A DNA stretch of 64,000 nucleotides from Minisyncoccota bacterium (GTDB taxonomy: Bacteria > Patescibacteriota > Minisyncoccia > Phycocordibacterales > UBA6899): positions 129,844 to 193,843 of the forward strand of contig DATEZQ010000003.1 of assembly GCA_035583355.1 (NCBI GenBank), in the 5' to 3' direction. Positions 34,118-43,361 of the stretch are shown here, one piece after another. A program made the position numbers and the translations under genes. The first letter of the stretch is position 1. Each line of letters begins with the position of its first letter. The notes below the pieces were generated by a model that was not told the DNA's origin, ran no database searches, and saw nothing but the letters and a program-made list of their open reading frames with translations.

Positions 34118-36490
34118 CTAAATCTCGCAGACGCCTGAAGAGCATGCTAGCTCCTTCGATCCCTGTGTCTCATCAACCCTTTCGTAGGAAACAATCTTTG
34201 AGAAGTCGATGTGCTCCCACTTCTTTGAAAGCTCTTCAAACTGGGCCTTTGTAATCTCCTCGTATGGAGCAAGTTGGTAGACATGCTCACTACGTGGAAG
34301 GAATGAAAGTCCGCCAACGATATCCCAGTTCTCGTAGACCCATGTTGCGACCTTAAGCCACTCGTCTTCGCCGATAGAAACTGTAACTGATGGATTGTGC
34401 TCAGTGTAGTGCTGCTTCACAATCTTCCAGTGTTCGAGCTGGTCAATTGCAGAGAGATCATCCTTGAAAGTTGATCCTCCAGGAGCCTTGACGGGGAAGT
34501 CGATGACATAAGTGGCTGCATTTTCAACATTCTGTCCAACCTCTGGGTTGTATGGAACTCCTTGGTCGCGGAGCATACGGAAGAGACTGTCGGTTGCAGA
34601 GATGCGGATGCGGCGAATGTAATATGGAGCGTGTCGAGGGTGCATTCCTGATGATGCATCGACAAGCTGGGAGACGGTACCTGATGGTTTCACGCAGGTG
34701 ACTGCAGTAGAAGCGTTGATGCCAATACGCTTTGCGTAGATCTTGTTGGTCTCAATTGCTGCATCGCGGAGTTCAGCGAGAAGCTCAGCGTCGTGCATTG
34801 GATCTGGATTATCCCACTGGCCAGTGAGCGATACGCCGAGAAGGCGCTCTTCCTCACAGTTCTTTTTCCATTCCTTCGAGAGGTACTTGAAGTTCGTGAG
34901 TGACGACTGGTAGGTACCAAGCATTGCAGCGAGACGGACCTTGCGAAGAAGTGACTCCTTCGTATCGTCAGCACGAACGACAACTTCAGAAAGGTTGCAG
35001 AACTGCTTCGAACGGAGGATGATCTCTCCACATGGGTTCACACCACATGTATCGATATAACCACTGAAGTTCTTTGCGCGACGTGCAGGAAGCTGCTTCA
35101 TGAGTGAGCCGCGGTTGAAGATTCCTCGTTCACCTGAGCCTGACTTCATAAGCGCCGTCCATTCGTCGACAAACTCGGTGATGGTTGGCTTCTGCATGTA
35201 TGCTGCAGAGTTGTTTGCGATCATACGCTGTGGCTCGTTCAAATAGAACTGACCACTCTTTGCATTACGCATGTCGTGATCTTCGAGCTCAGAGAGCGAG
35301 ATGAGTGCACTACGACGAACACCGCCAGAAACGACTACTTCACCAATCTTACAAATGATATCGTGGACATCAATATTTGAAAGACGCTTGCCTTGCCTGC
35401 GCATAATCTTCTCTCGAGAGAAGTTGATGAGTGAGCGCAACGGCTCTGGGCCTGATGACTTGCCGCCCATCGTCATCAGGCGTGCACCTGCGGGACGAAG
35501 CTGTGAATAATCGAACTGCACATCTTCACCCTCGTACCATGTCTTGAGACCAAGAACGAGTGCCTCTGCCCATCCTTCCTTTGAATCACCGACGACGTGA
35601 ATAGTTGGCTTCTTGCCCGTCTGCTTCTTGATCTGAGGAAGTTGCTGGACGGTCTGGCTCTCCACTGAAAATCCCACACCAGTACCACACATAGAGAGAT
35701 ACATGATTTCACCGAAGTCACCAAGTTTTGTTGGGGCAATGAATGAACAGTTGTATCCAGTGACATTTGTCTTGCGTGCTGCAGGACCTGCGCTCCACAT
35801 GAGGCGCATTGAAGGCATGACTTCATGCGCAAGGATAGCCTCGCGAAGTTCTGCATACTCCTTGTCCTTAATTTTCCCATCGAGATTCTCGCGCATGAAC
35901 GCCATATAGCGATCAACGGTTTCGATCCAAGTTTCGCGACGCCCCTCCTCCTCAATCCAACGTGAGTAAGAGCGATAGTAGACGAATTCTGCAAGCGCAT
36001 TGCGGAAGTACTTCTTGCTTTCAACGGCAAGTTCGCGTACACGTGACGGTACAATGCCCGTTGTTTCACGAATTTTCTTGTGCTCTTCGCGGTACAAGAT
36101 ATAAGCTTTCGCCGTACGTGCATAGCCGCAGAGGATGAGTTCAGTCTCTACTGCATCCTGGATGTCCTCGACGTCGATGATATATCCCTTCTTGCGTGAC
36201 TTCTGCATTTTTGTGAGTGAGGTCACGATGCGGTTCGCTACTTTCTGTGCGTCAGTGACGTCTCCCTCGCTTGTTGCGATCATTGCACGCTCAATCGCGC
36301 TAATGATGCGTGTCTTGTCGAACGGAACGATGACATTATCGCGCTTGCGAATACTGTCGAGTCCTCCCGCTTTCGAAGAAGTTTTTGCTGGTGTGTTCTT
36401 CATGGTGTGTAAAAGCCTGCGCCACTCATTGGACAGGCCGCTATTAAAAATGCAGGAATGTCTCTCCTCGCGGCGCAAGTTTTGCCGCAA
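34118..36490 (-). CDS. ribonucleotide reductase catalytic subunit with N-terminal ATP-cone; class II (NrdJ-like) suspected
   Basis: ATP-cone (VIVPFDKTRIISAIERAM), active-site NPCGEI, C-terminal Cys pair CSSGVC. No nrdB in the window, so the class is an inference. Confidence 0.8.
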   Translation of the reverse strand: MRQNLRREERHSCIFNSGLSNEWRRLLHTMKNTPAKTSSKAGGLDSIRKRDNVIVPFDKTRIISAIERAMIATSEGDVTDAQKVANRIVTSLTKMQKSRKKGYIIDVEDIQDAVETELILCGYARTAKAYILYREEHKKIRETTGIVPSRVRELAVESKKYFRNALAEFVYYRSYSRWIEEEGRRETWIETVDRYMAFMRENLDGKIKDKEYAELREAILAHEVMPSMRLMWSAGPAARKTNVTGYNCSFIAPTKLGDFGEIMYLSMCGTGVGFSVESQTVQQLPQIKKQTGKKPTIHVVGDSKEGWAEALVLGLKTWYEGEDVQFDYSQLRPAGARLMTMGGKSSGPEPLRSLINFSREKIMRRQGKRLSNIDVHDIICKIGEVVVSGGVRRSALISLSELEDHDMRNAKSGQFYLNEPQRMIANNSAAYMQKPTITEFVDEWTALMKSGSGERGIFNRGSLMKQLPARRAKNFSGYIDTCGVNPCGEIILRSKQFCNLSEVVVRADDTKESLLRKVRLAAMLGTYQSSLTNFKYLSKEWKKNCEEERLLGVSLTGQWDNPDPMHDAELLAELRDAAIETNKIYAKRIGINASTAVTCVKPSGTVSQLVDASSGMHPRHAPYYIRRIRISATDSLFRMLRDQGVPYNPEVGQNVENAATYVIDFPVKAPGGSTFKDDLSAIDQLEHWKIVKQHYTEHNPSVTVSIGEDEWLKVATWVYENWDIVGGLSFLPRSEHVYQLAPYEEITKAQFEELSKKWEHIDFSKIVSYERVDETQGSKELACSSGVCEI

Positions 36491-36627
36491 GGAGAAACAT
36501 CAATGCCTCCCAATTGTACACTACGAGCTCTCCTCGCCATGTGGATAGTAATACGGCCCTATATATAGATAAAATCGATATATTAGGTCATAATATTTGC
36601 CTCACCGCAAGTAGCAGAAAGTAACTA

Positions 36628-36654
36628 AAATACCACCTGAGTGTGGTGGTATTT
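36628..36654 (-). terminator. rsmE terminator
   Basis: aaataccacc-tgag-tgtggtggtattt. Confidence 0.6.
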
Positions 36655-36677
36655 GTGGGCTCTATACACTAAATATT

Positions 36678-37376
36678 TCAGGAAAGTGCCGTGGCAAGTG
36701 CGAGTGTTGCAATCGCTGCCGTCTCCGCACGCAAGATAAACGTGGGGAGTTGCAAGACTCGACCCGCAGACTGCAGTGCGTCTATCTCATGCTCTGTCCA
36801 GCCACCTTCGGGGCCGATAAATAGCGCGAGGCTTTTGTGTGCGAAAGCGTGTGCATCAAACGTGCTTCCTGTTGGGTCAAAGCCGATGATTGCTGTTGTT
36901 CCAGTGAGTCTGGTGAGTGCAGCGTCAAAGGAAAGTGGTGCTTCTACGATAGGGACGTCAACACGACCACATTGCTCAGATGCTTCTATGGTGATTCGTG
37001 CAGCACGTTCCAAATTTAATCCCTTCTTCTCGCTGCGCTCACTAATGACGGGAATAATATGTGTGACCCCAAGCTCCACTGCCTTTTGGAGGATTAAATC
37101 AAAGTTGTCTTTTTTGATGAGCGCTGCACAGAGTGTGAGCTGGCGTGTTGCTTTTCTGCCTTGTGCCTGACTCAAAATAGAAAGTGTTGCTGATTTGCGG
37201 TCAATTACATCGAGTACACAAGTGAATTCTGTTCCCGCGGTGTTAAATAGAATTACTTGATCCTCATGTTTCATTCGAAAAACATTTCGCCATTGGTGGA
37301 GCAAATCTGTATTATCAATAATTATTTTTCCATGTGTTGGAAAAAGGTCACCTATATAGAATCGATGAAGTCGCAT
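36678..37376 (-). CDS. rsmE: 16S rRNA (uracil1498-N3)-methyltransferase RsmE family
   Basis: RsmE/DUF558 fold with a PUA-like N-terminus and C-terminal GPEGG. Confidence 0.75.
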   Translation of the reverse strand: MRLHRFYIGDLFPTHGKIIIDNTDLLHQWRNVFRMKHEDQVILFNTAGTEFTCVLDVIDRKSATLSILSQAQGRKATRQLTLCAALIKKDNFDLILQKAVELGVTHIIPVISERSEKKGLNLERAARITIEASEQCGRVDVPIVEAPLSFDAALTRLTGTTAIIGFDPTGSTFDAHAFAHKSLALFIGPEGGWTEHEIDALQSAGRVLQLPTFILRAETAAIATLALATALS

Positions 37377-37386
37377 ATGTGTTTAC

Positions 37387-37800
37387 TTAGAGTTCCTTGC
37401 GAATAGCAATACCTGCTTCGGCAATGCTTTCTTTGCTGATGTCTTTCTTTTGCCAGTGCTCATGCCCATCGCCTTCAAAGCGAGGCATGATATGCACGTG
37501 AGTATGAAAGATCACTTGACCGGCAGCTGATCCATTGTTGATGCCAATGTTTATGCCATCTGCATCGACCGCGCGTTGAATAACGGGTGCAAGCATACGC
37601 ACCGTCTCCATGACTGCAGCAAGTTCTTCTTTGCGTATGGTCATAATGTTCTCTGCGTGTCGTTTTGGGATGACAAGAGTGTGCCCTCGATTGATTGGAT
37701 TGATGTCGAGGAATGCAAAAGTTTGGTCATCCTCATATATCTTTTCAGAAGGGATGTTACCATTGGCAATTTTGCAAAAAAGACAGTCTTCGGGAGTCAT
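37387..37800 (-). CDS. HIT family hydrolase
   Basis: Histidine triad HTHVHIMP. Confidence 0.8.
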   Translation of the reverse strand: MTPEDCLFCKIANGNIPSEKIYEDDQTFAFLDINPINRGHTLVIPKRHAENIMTIRKEELAAVMETVRMLAPVIQRAVDADGINIGINNGSAAGQVIFHTHVHIMPRFEGDGHEHWQKKDISKESIAEAGIAIRKEL

Positions 37801-37841
37801 ATATATAGAGTCATTAGGATTATGCTACAATTATAGTCTAT

Positions 37842-38507
37842 ATGATACTGAAAACAAACTTACATCTACACGCGAATGATGACCCAGAGGACAATTTGGA
37901 GTTTTCATTCATTGCGGCGCTTGATGAAGCAAAACGACTCGGTATCGGATGCGTTGCCCTCACGTGCCATAACGCGTATATCGATAAGCCCGAATATCAT
38001 GCAGCGGCCAAAGAACGAGGTATTCTCTATATTCCTGGAATTGAACTTTCAGTGGAGCGTAAACACGTGGTCATACTTAATGCAGATAAAAGTGTCGAGA
38101 AGATTGCGTCTTTTGTACAACTTGCACGGTATAAAGCAGAGCATCCAGAGTGCTTTATTCTTGCACCACATCCATACTTTAAGACCGTGTTTTGCCTCGG
38201 AGATAAACTCGAGCAACATAAGGAGATTTTTGATGCCATCGAATGCTCTTGGTTTTACAGTAAGCACTTTGATATGAACAAGGAGGCTGCCGCCTTCGCG
38301 AAGGAGAATAATCTTCCTTATGTAGCAACGTCTGATCTTCATGAGTTGCGTTTCATGGATACGAGCTATGCAAACGTCGAAGTTGATCAAGTGAGTATTC
38401 CCGCTGTTTTTGCAGCACTCCGTGCAGGGAAATTCACAAATACAACATCACCACGCAAGCTGTTTCGTGAGCTCATTCCTAATTTTATATATCTCGTACT
38501 TCTCTAA
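37842..38507 (+). CDS. PHP-domain phosphoesterase
   Basis: LHLHANDD ... CHN ... PHP-family motifs. Confidence 0.6.
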   Translation: MILKTNLHLHANDDPEDNLEFSFIAALDEAKRLGIGCVALTCHNAYIDKPEYHAAAKERGILYIPGIELSVERKHVVILNADKSVEKIASFVQLARYKAEHPECFILAPHPYFKTVFCLGDKLEQHKEIFDAIECSWFYSKHFDMNKEAAAFAKENNLPYVATSDLHELRFMDTSYANVEVDQVSIPAVFAALRAGKFTNTTSPRKLFRELIPNFIYLVLL

Positions 38508-38566
38508 TAGGATTTATTGTGTTGTAGCCCCCCTCTGGGGGCTTTCTGTGTGCTAAGATATGCCAC

Positions 38567-40228
38567 ATGCATCCATTGACTGAGCAGCTCTTGCGTAATA
38601 GGGGGATTATCGGCCCTGCCGAACAACAGGCATTTTTGAATCCTGACTATACACGTGATGTGCGTGATCCTTTTGGCATTCTCAATATGGAAAAAGCAGT
38701 TGATCGCATTCTTTCGGGAATGCGTGCGGGTGAGGATATTGTCATCTTTGGAGATTACGACTGTGATGGTATTCCTGGTTCAGTCATTCTCCATGATCTC
38801 TTTGTAAAGATTGGTTACGATAATTTCCGTAATTACATTCCACATCGACATAATGAAGGTTATGGGTTATCAGTTGCGGCAGTGGAGAAATTCATCAAGG
38901 AAGGTGTGCAGCTTATCATTACGGTCGACTGTGGTATTACTGATGTCGCCGCAGTCGAAGTCGCAAATGCTGCAGGAATAACGGTCATCATCACTGACCA
39001 CCATTTGCCTGGGCCGGTACTTCCTCCCGCTTTCGCAATTCTCAATTCAAAGCAAGAAGGGGATACCTATCATGACAATATGTTGTGTGGGGCAGGTGTG
39101 GCATTCAAGTTGTCTCAAGCAATGCTCAAGAAAGGCGGATTTGCGGATATTCCCGATGGTTGGGAAAAGTGGCTTCTTGATATGGCGGGCATTTCGACGA
39201 TTGCGGACATGGTGCCACTTGTGAAAGAGAATCGCGCGCTTGCATACTTCGGACTGAAGGTGCTTAAGCGTTCTGCGCGTCCAGGTCTTAAGGCATTGCT
39301 TGCGACCGCGAAAGTGGATCAGCGTTTTCTTACTGAGGAAGATGTGGGATTTACAATCGCGCCTCGCATCAATGCAGCATCGCGCATGGCAGAGCCTATC
39401 GCCGCATTTCATATGCTTGCAGCAGACGATGAGGCGAAGGCGATCGCACATGCAAAGGCACTTGAAGATCTCAATAATTCTCGCAAGCTCGCAACGAAGA
39501 AGATGGCCGAGGAGGCACACCGTATAGTTTCAGAACTTAAAAAGATACCAGAGGTACTCGTTGTCGGAAAGATTGGATGGTCAGTTGGTGTGGCAGGCAT
39601 CGTTGCGGCACAACTCGTGGAGCGCTACCAAAAGCCCGCATTCGTATGGTGTCAGGATGGTGATGAGATCAAAGGGTCCTGCCGCTCTGATGGTTCGATT
39701 AGCGTCGTTGAGCTGATGCATGCGGTTCCTGGAGAAGTGTTCATTGCGCGGGGTGGCCATGCACAAGCGGGTGGCTTCAGTGTTCATCCTGATCATATTA
39801 ATGATTTTGCAAAAGCATTGAATAAGGCACACAAAGGGGTTACTAAGAATATTTCGCCTGATAGTCTCTATGAAACAGACGGACATTTGCAGCTTGCTGA
39901 TGTTTCGAGGGAGACCTATAACGCCATCACGGCACTCGCTCCATTTGGCGAAGGGAATCCAAAGCCGATATTCGCTTTCGAAGGAGTGCGTGTTGCTGAT
40001 GTGCAGATGTTCGGCAAAACAAAAGAACACCTGAAGGTGGTGCTCAGCGATGAATTGGGTCGCTCTGCGGAGGCAATTGCTTGGTATAAAACTCCAGCGA
40101 GCTATCCGCATGCACATCTAGTGAAAGGTGGAAGTGTGACGATGATCGCACATGTTGAGGAGTCACGATTCCTTGGCAAGGTACAGTTACGATTACGCAT
40201 TATTGATATTCTCCCGGCACGTATATAA
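38567..40228 (+). CDS. recJ: single-stranded-DNA-specific exonuclease RecJ
   Basis: DHH (GDYDCDGI, ITDHH) and DHHA1 domains. Confidence 0.85.
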   Translation: MHPLTEQLLRNRGIIGPAEQQAFLNPDYTRDVRDPFGILNMEKAVDRILSGMRAGEDIVIFGDYDCDGIPGSVILHDLFVKIGYDNFRNYIPHRHNEGYGLSVAAVEKFIKEGVQLIITVDCGITDVAAVEVANAAGITVIITDHHLPGPVLPPAFAILNSKQEGDTYHDNMLCGAGVAFKLSQAMLKKGGFADIPDGWEKWLLDMAGISTIADMVPLVKENRALAYFGLKVLKRSARPGLKALLATAKVDQRFLTEEDVGFTIAPRINAASRMAEPIAAFHMLAADDEAKAIAHAKALEDLNNSRKLATKKMAEEAHRIVSELKKIPEVLVVGKIGWSVGVAGIVAAQLVERYQKPAFVWCQDGDEIKGSCRSDGSISVVELMHAVPGEVFIARGGHAQAGGFSVHPDHINDFAKALNKAHKGVTKNISPDSLYETDGHLQLADVSRETYNAITALAPFGEGNPKPIFAFEGVRVADVQMFGKTKEHLKVVLSDELGRSAEAIAWYKTPASYPHAHLVKGGSVTMIAHVEESRFLGKVQLRLRIIDILPARI

Positions 40229-40250
40229 AAAGAGGCATATGCCTCTTTTT
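40227..40250. terminator. bidirectional terminator between recJ and rnhA
   Basis: aaaagaggcatatgcctctttt. Confidence 0.7.
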
Positions 40251-40980
40251 ATATTTTGACTCCCCATGTCTGGAGGATTTCCTTCTCCTCACTCGGTGAC
40301 ATTGCTTTTTTGTATTTCACGCCCGATTTACCCTTTACACGATCTTCACATTCTGCCCATGTTTTGTGGCGTTTTGCTTTGCCATCAACAAGTGAGAGGT
40401 ATGAATATGCTGGGCCGGTACGCTTTTTCGTACTGCTCTTCTTTGATGCGGCTTCTGGGTCAATACCGATGTTGAGTACATCGACTGCATAGTCCGCAAG
40501 TGATCCATTGAAAAGTTCCGGTTCCTCTTTGCGTGCAAATGCAGTTGCGATGCTGTCGCAACGCTCATTGCCTGCAACTCCCACGTGTCCAGGGACGTAT
40601 TGGAAATGGATGACTCCGTGCTTCTTGTGGTCACTAATGCGCTGATCTATTTCCTCAAACAACTCCCGGTGCAGGGCAGGCGTCTTCGTGCTCGTCATCC
40701 AATTATTTTTCTTCCAACCGTGGATCCATTTAGTGACTGCATTGATGACATATTGTGAATCGGTACAGCAGAGGATGTCACCTTTTTCTCCCCCGATACG
40801 CCTTAGCCCCTCGAGGAGTGCCATAATCTCCATACGATTATTTGTTGTGTGTTTTTCTGCACCTCCAAGTTCAATGACAACTTTTTTCGAGAGAATCACA
40901 ACAGTACCCCATCCTCCAGGGCCAGGATTCCCGAGTGCGGCGCCGTCGGAAAATATGATATGGGTGTACTTCGTAAGCAT
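40249..40980 (-). CDS. rnhA: ribonuclease HI with C-terminal hybrid-binding (HBD / Cauli_VI-like) domain
   Basis: RNase H core SDGAALGNPGPGGWG...TNNRMEIMA...TDSQYV. The C-terminal AYSYLSLVDGKAKRHKTWAECEDRVKGKSGVKYKKAMSPSEE resembles an RNase H1 HBD. Confidence 0.8.
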   Translation of the reverse strand: MLTKYTHIIFSDGAALGNPGPGGWGTVVILSKKVVIELGGAEKHTTNNRMEIMALLEGLRRIGGEKGDILCCTDSQYVINAVTKWIHGWKKNNWMTSTKTPALHRELFEEIDQRISDHKKHGVIHFQYVPGHVGVAGNERCDSIATAFARKEEPELFNGSLADYAVDVLNIGIDPEAASKKSSTKKRTGPAYSYLSLVDGKAKRHKTWAECEDRVKGKSGVKYKKAMSPSEEKEILQTWGVKI

Positions 40981-41029
40981 GCATTGAGTATACCATAGAC
41001 CATGCTCCGGCCCTTTTCTGCTCTCGTCT

Positions 41030-42733
41030 GTGGATATGTTGGGGATACTACTCTATTACGCTGCTAGTATCATGGAGTATACTCAACTGATGCCTCGCAT
41101 CCGTGACTACTTACTGCCTTCTCTCTTTGCATTCGCGTGTGGCGCAATTATTGGCGTATACACGAATTATGCACTTATGTTTGGATTGATTATCGGAACA
41201 AGTGTGCTTATTGTGCTACCACGGATATTCAAAGGTAATTACCCGCTTACGCGCATTCTATTTATTGCATTGTTTGTATTTGTGCTTGGAGTGTTTAGGG
41301 GAGCAGCACTCCACGATCAATTTGATTGTTCTCTGCTCTGCGCAAAGGTAAATACGCTCGTTAGCGTGGTGGGTGTCGTAGATAGAGAGCCAGAGTTTCG
41401 TGATGGGTCAGAGCGTTTTGTGGTCCGACTTACAGAAGCAAATGACATACGTGTACAGGCGAACATACAGCATGCTCCAAGTCTTTCTTACGGCACAGAG
41501 GTACGCCTTACAGGAATACTTCGCGAACCCGAAGATTTTGAAGGTATAACCGGGGCCTTGTTCCGATATAAAGACTTTTTACATGCACGGGGCATTATGT
41601 ATGTAATGAATAATGCACGCGTGGAAAGTTTAAGATACGATCAAGGGAATTCTGTTATTGGACTCCTGCTTTCCTTCAAGCAAAAGATAAAAGAAATTTG
41701 TGATCGGTTGCCTTCCCCCGAAAGTGGATTGTTGATGGGAATGATCTTTGGAGGAAAAAATGGACTCCCGGCAAACATACAAGATGATTTTCGTATTGCA
41801 GGAATCATTCATATTGTAGTGCTCTCCGGAGAAAATCTCACGATCATTGCGTTGCTTGTTATGTGGGTCATTCGAAAGTTTCTTGGATTCTACACGGGTA
41901 TCATGGTGTCGGCGTTTGTTATATCCCTCTATGCAATTATTGGAGGAATGGAGCCCGCAACAATGCGTGCGTTAGTGATTGTGCTACTGGTATTCGTTGC
42001 GACACTTTTGCGCAGAGAGGTAAGTCTCCCGCGAATACTTTTTATTGGTGCGATGCTCCTCATTGTGTACAATCCGTTATTGCTTTTTGATGACCCGAGT
42101 TTCCAGCTTTCCGTGCTCGCAATGCTCGGGCTTATATTCATTGGACCGATCATTGAGCGCAGTTTGCTTACTCGTGGTATCCCGCTCCTGTTTACGAGTT
42201 ATCTCGCGCCAATTTTTGCAGCGCAATTGGGGGTGTTGCCGTATATCATGTATACGAGTCAGTCATTTGCTTCGTATGCATTTCTTGCGAATGCGCTCGT
42301 CCTGTTCATTATCGGTTTTCTCTCAATTGGCGGAATGGTAGTCGTTGCTATTGGATGGGTGCTACCGTCGTTGCTTTCGATTATTGCGTTTCCTGTGGTA
42401 ATCGCACTCAGTGCAGTACTTCATATTGCTCATGGTATCGCGCAATTGCCCTATGCAGCATTACCTCTACATATTTCAGGATGGTTCACCGCCACGGTTT
42501 ATCTGTTTGTCAGCGTATGGATATTCAGAAGGTATCACGATGGAACACTTACTCCACTTGCGCTCTTTACACTCAAGGAAGAGGTAAAACAGATTGCGAA
42601 AAGAAAAATCCCTTGGGCACCTCCAATTCCAGATGTGCAAGGGATTCAGTTTAATCATCTTGATTTTGTTTTTGTGGCGGAGCAGCGGAAGGAGAAAGTC
42701 GATACGGAGCGAACCATTTGCTGGGATGATTGA
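41030..42733 (+). CDS. comEC: DNA internalization competence protein ComEC/Rec2, membrane channel part without MBL domain
   Basis: DUF4131-like N-terminus, a competence domain and polytopic TM helices. 567 aa, with no C-terminal metallo-beta-lactamase domain. Confidence 0.75.
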   Translation: MDMLGILLYYAASIMEYTQLMPRIRDYLLPSLFAFACGAIIGVYTNYALMFGLIIGTSVLIVLPRIFKGNYPLTRILFIALFVFVLGVFRGAALHDQFDCSLLCAKVNTLVSVVGVVDREPEFRDGSERFVVRLTEANDIRVQANIQHAPSLSYGTEVRLTGILREPEDFEGITGALFRYKDFLHARGIMYVMNNARVESLRYDQGNSVIGLLLSFKQKIKEICDRLPSPESGLLMGMIFGGKNGLPANIQDDFRIAGIIHIVVLSGENLTIIALLVMWVIRKFLGFYTGIMVSAFVISLYAIIGGMEPATMRALVIVLLVFVATLLRREVSLPRILFIGAMLLIVYNPLLLFDDPSFQLSVLAMLGLIFIGPIIERSLLTRGIPLLFTSYLAPIFAAQLGVLPYIMYTSQSFASYAFLANALVLFIIGFLSIGGMVVVAIGWVLPSLLSIIAFPVVIALSAVLHIAHGIAQLPYAALPLHISGWFTATVYLFVSVWIFRRYHDGTLTPLALFTLKEEVKQIAKRKIPWAPPIPDVQGIQFNHLDFVFVAEQRKEKVDTERTICWDD

Positions 42734-42735
42734 TA

Positions 42736-43302
42736 TTATTTTTCTTCGGTATTTTTGTAACTTCTCCAAAGGAAAAAGACAACGAGGATGGAGATGACTG
42801 CGAGTGCTCCAGAGTATGGCTTCCAGACGTCGGTATTCTTGCCGAAGAACATGCCGATCTCGATAAAGATAAAAGCCCAGACAGTAGAAGCGAGGAACAT
42901 CAGCGCTGCATAGGGGATACGAGGTGCTTTGCCGATACCGCCGAATATCGGAACAAAGACCTTGAGGGTAGGGAGCATTTTTGCGATAAAGAGGAATCCC
43001 AGCCCTTTCTTTGCGAAAAAGCGCTCCGTTTTTGCAACATGATGGGGTTTCATTGGAAGGAATTTCAGTGCAGCATTCATGCCGTGTTCACGCGCGAATT
43101 CATAAAGCGCAATATTGCCGATCGTGTTACCAATCGCACCTGCAACGATAGCAGTAGGGAGGGCAAGTGTGCCTACTCCAACGAAGTAGCCTACAATGAT
43201 ATAGAGGACCTGACTTGAGGGGAAAGAGAAAATTCCATTCGAAAACATAAGAATGAAGATACCCATATAGGAAAGTCCCGAGATGATCTGTTCGAGTGCC
43301 AT
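42736..43302 (-). CDS. DedA/SNARE-associated family membrane protein
   Basis: DedA-like topology and motifs. Confidence 0.75.
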   Translation of the reverse strand: MALEQIISGLSYMGIFILMFSNGIFSFPSSQVLYIIVGYFVGVGTLALPTAIVAGAIGNTIGNIALYEFAREHGMNAALKFLPMKPHHVAKTERFFAKKGLGFLFIAKMLPTLKVFVPIFGGIGKAPRIPYAALMFLASTVWAFIFIEIGMFFGKNTDVWKPYSGALAVISILVVFFLWRSYKNTEEK

Positions 43303-43361
43303 CGTTAAATTGTAGCACAGGACTCAATTTTGTGCCTACGTAAGTAGATGTTGCGAAAGAG

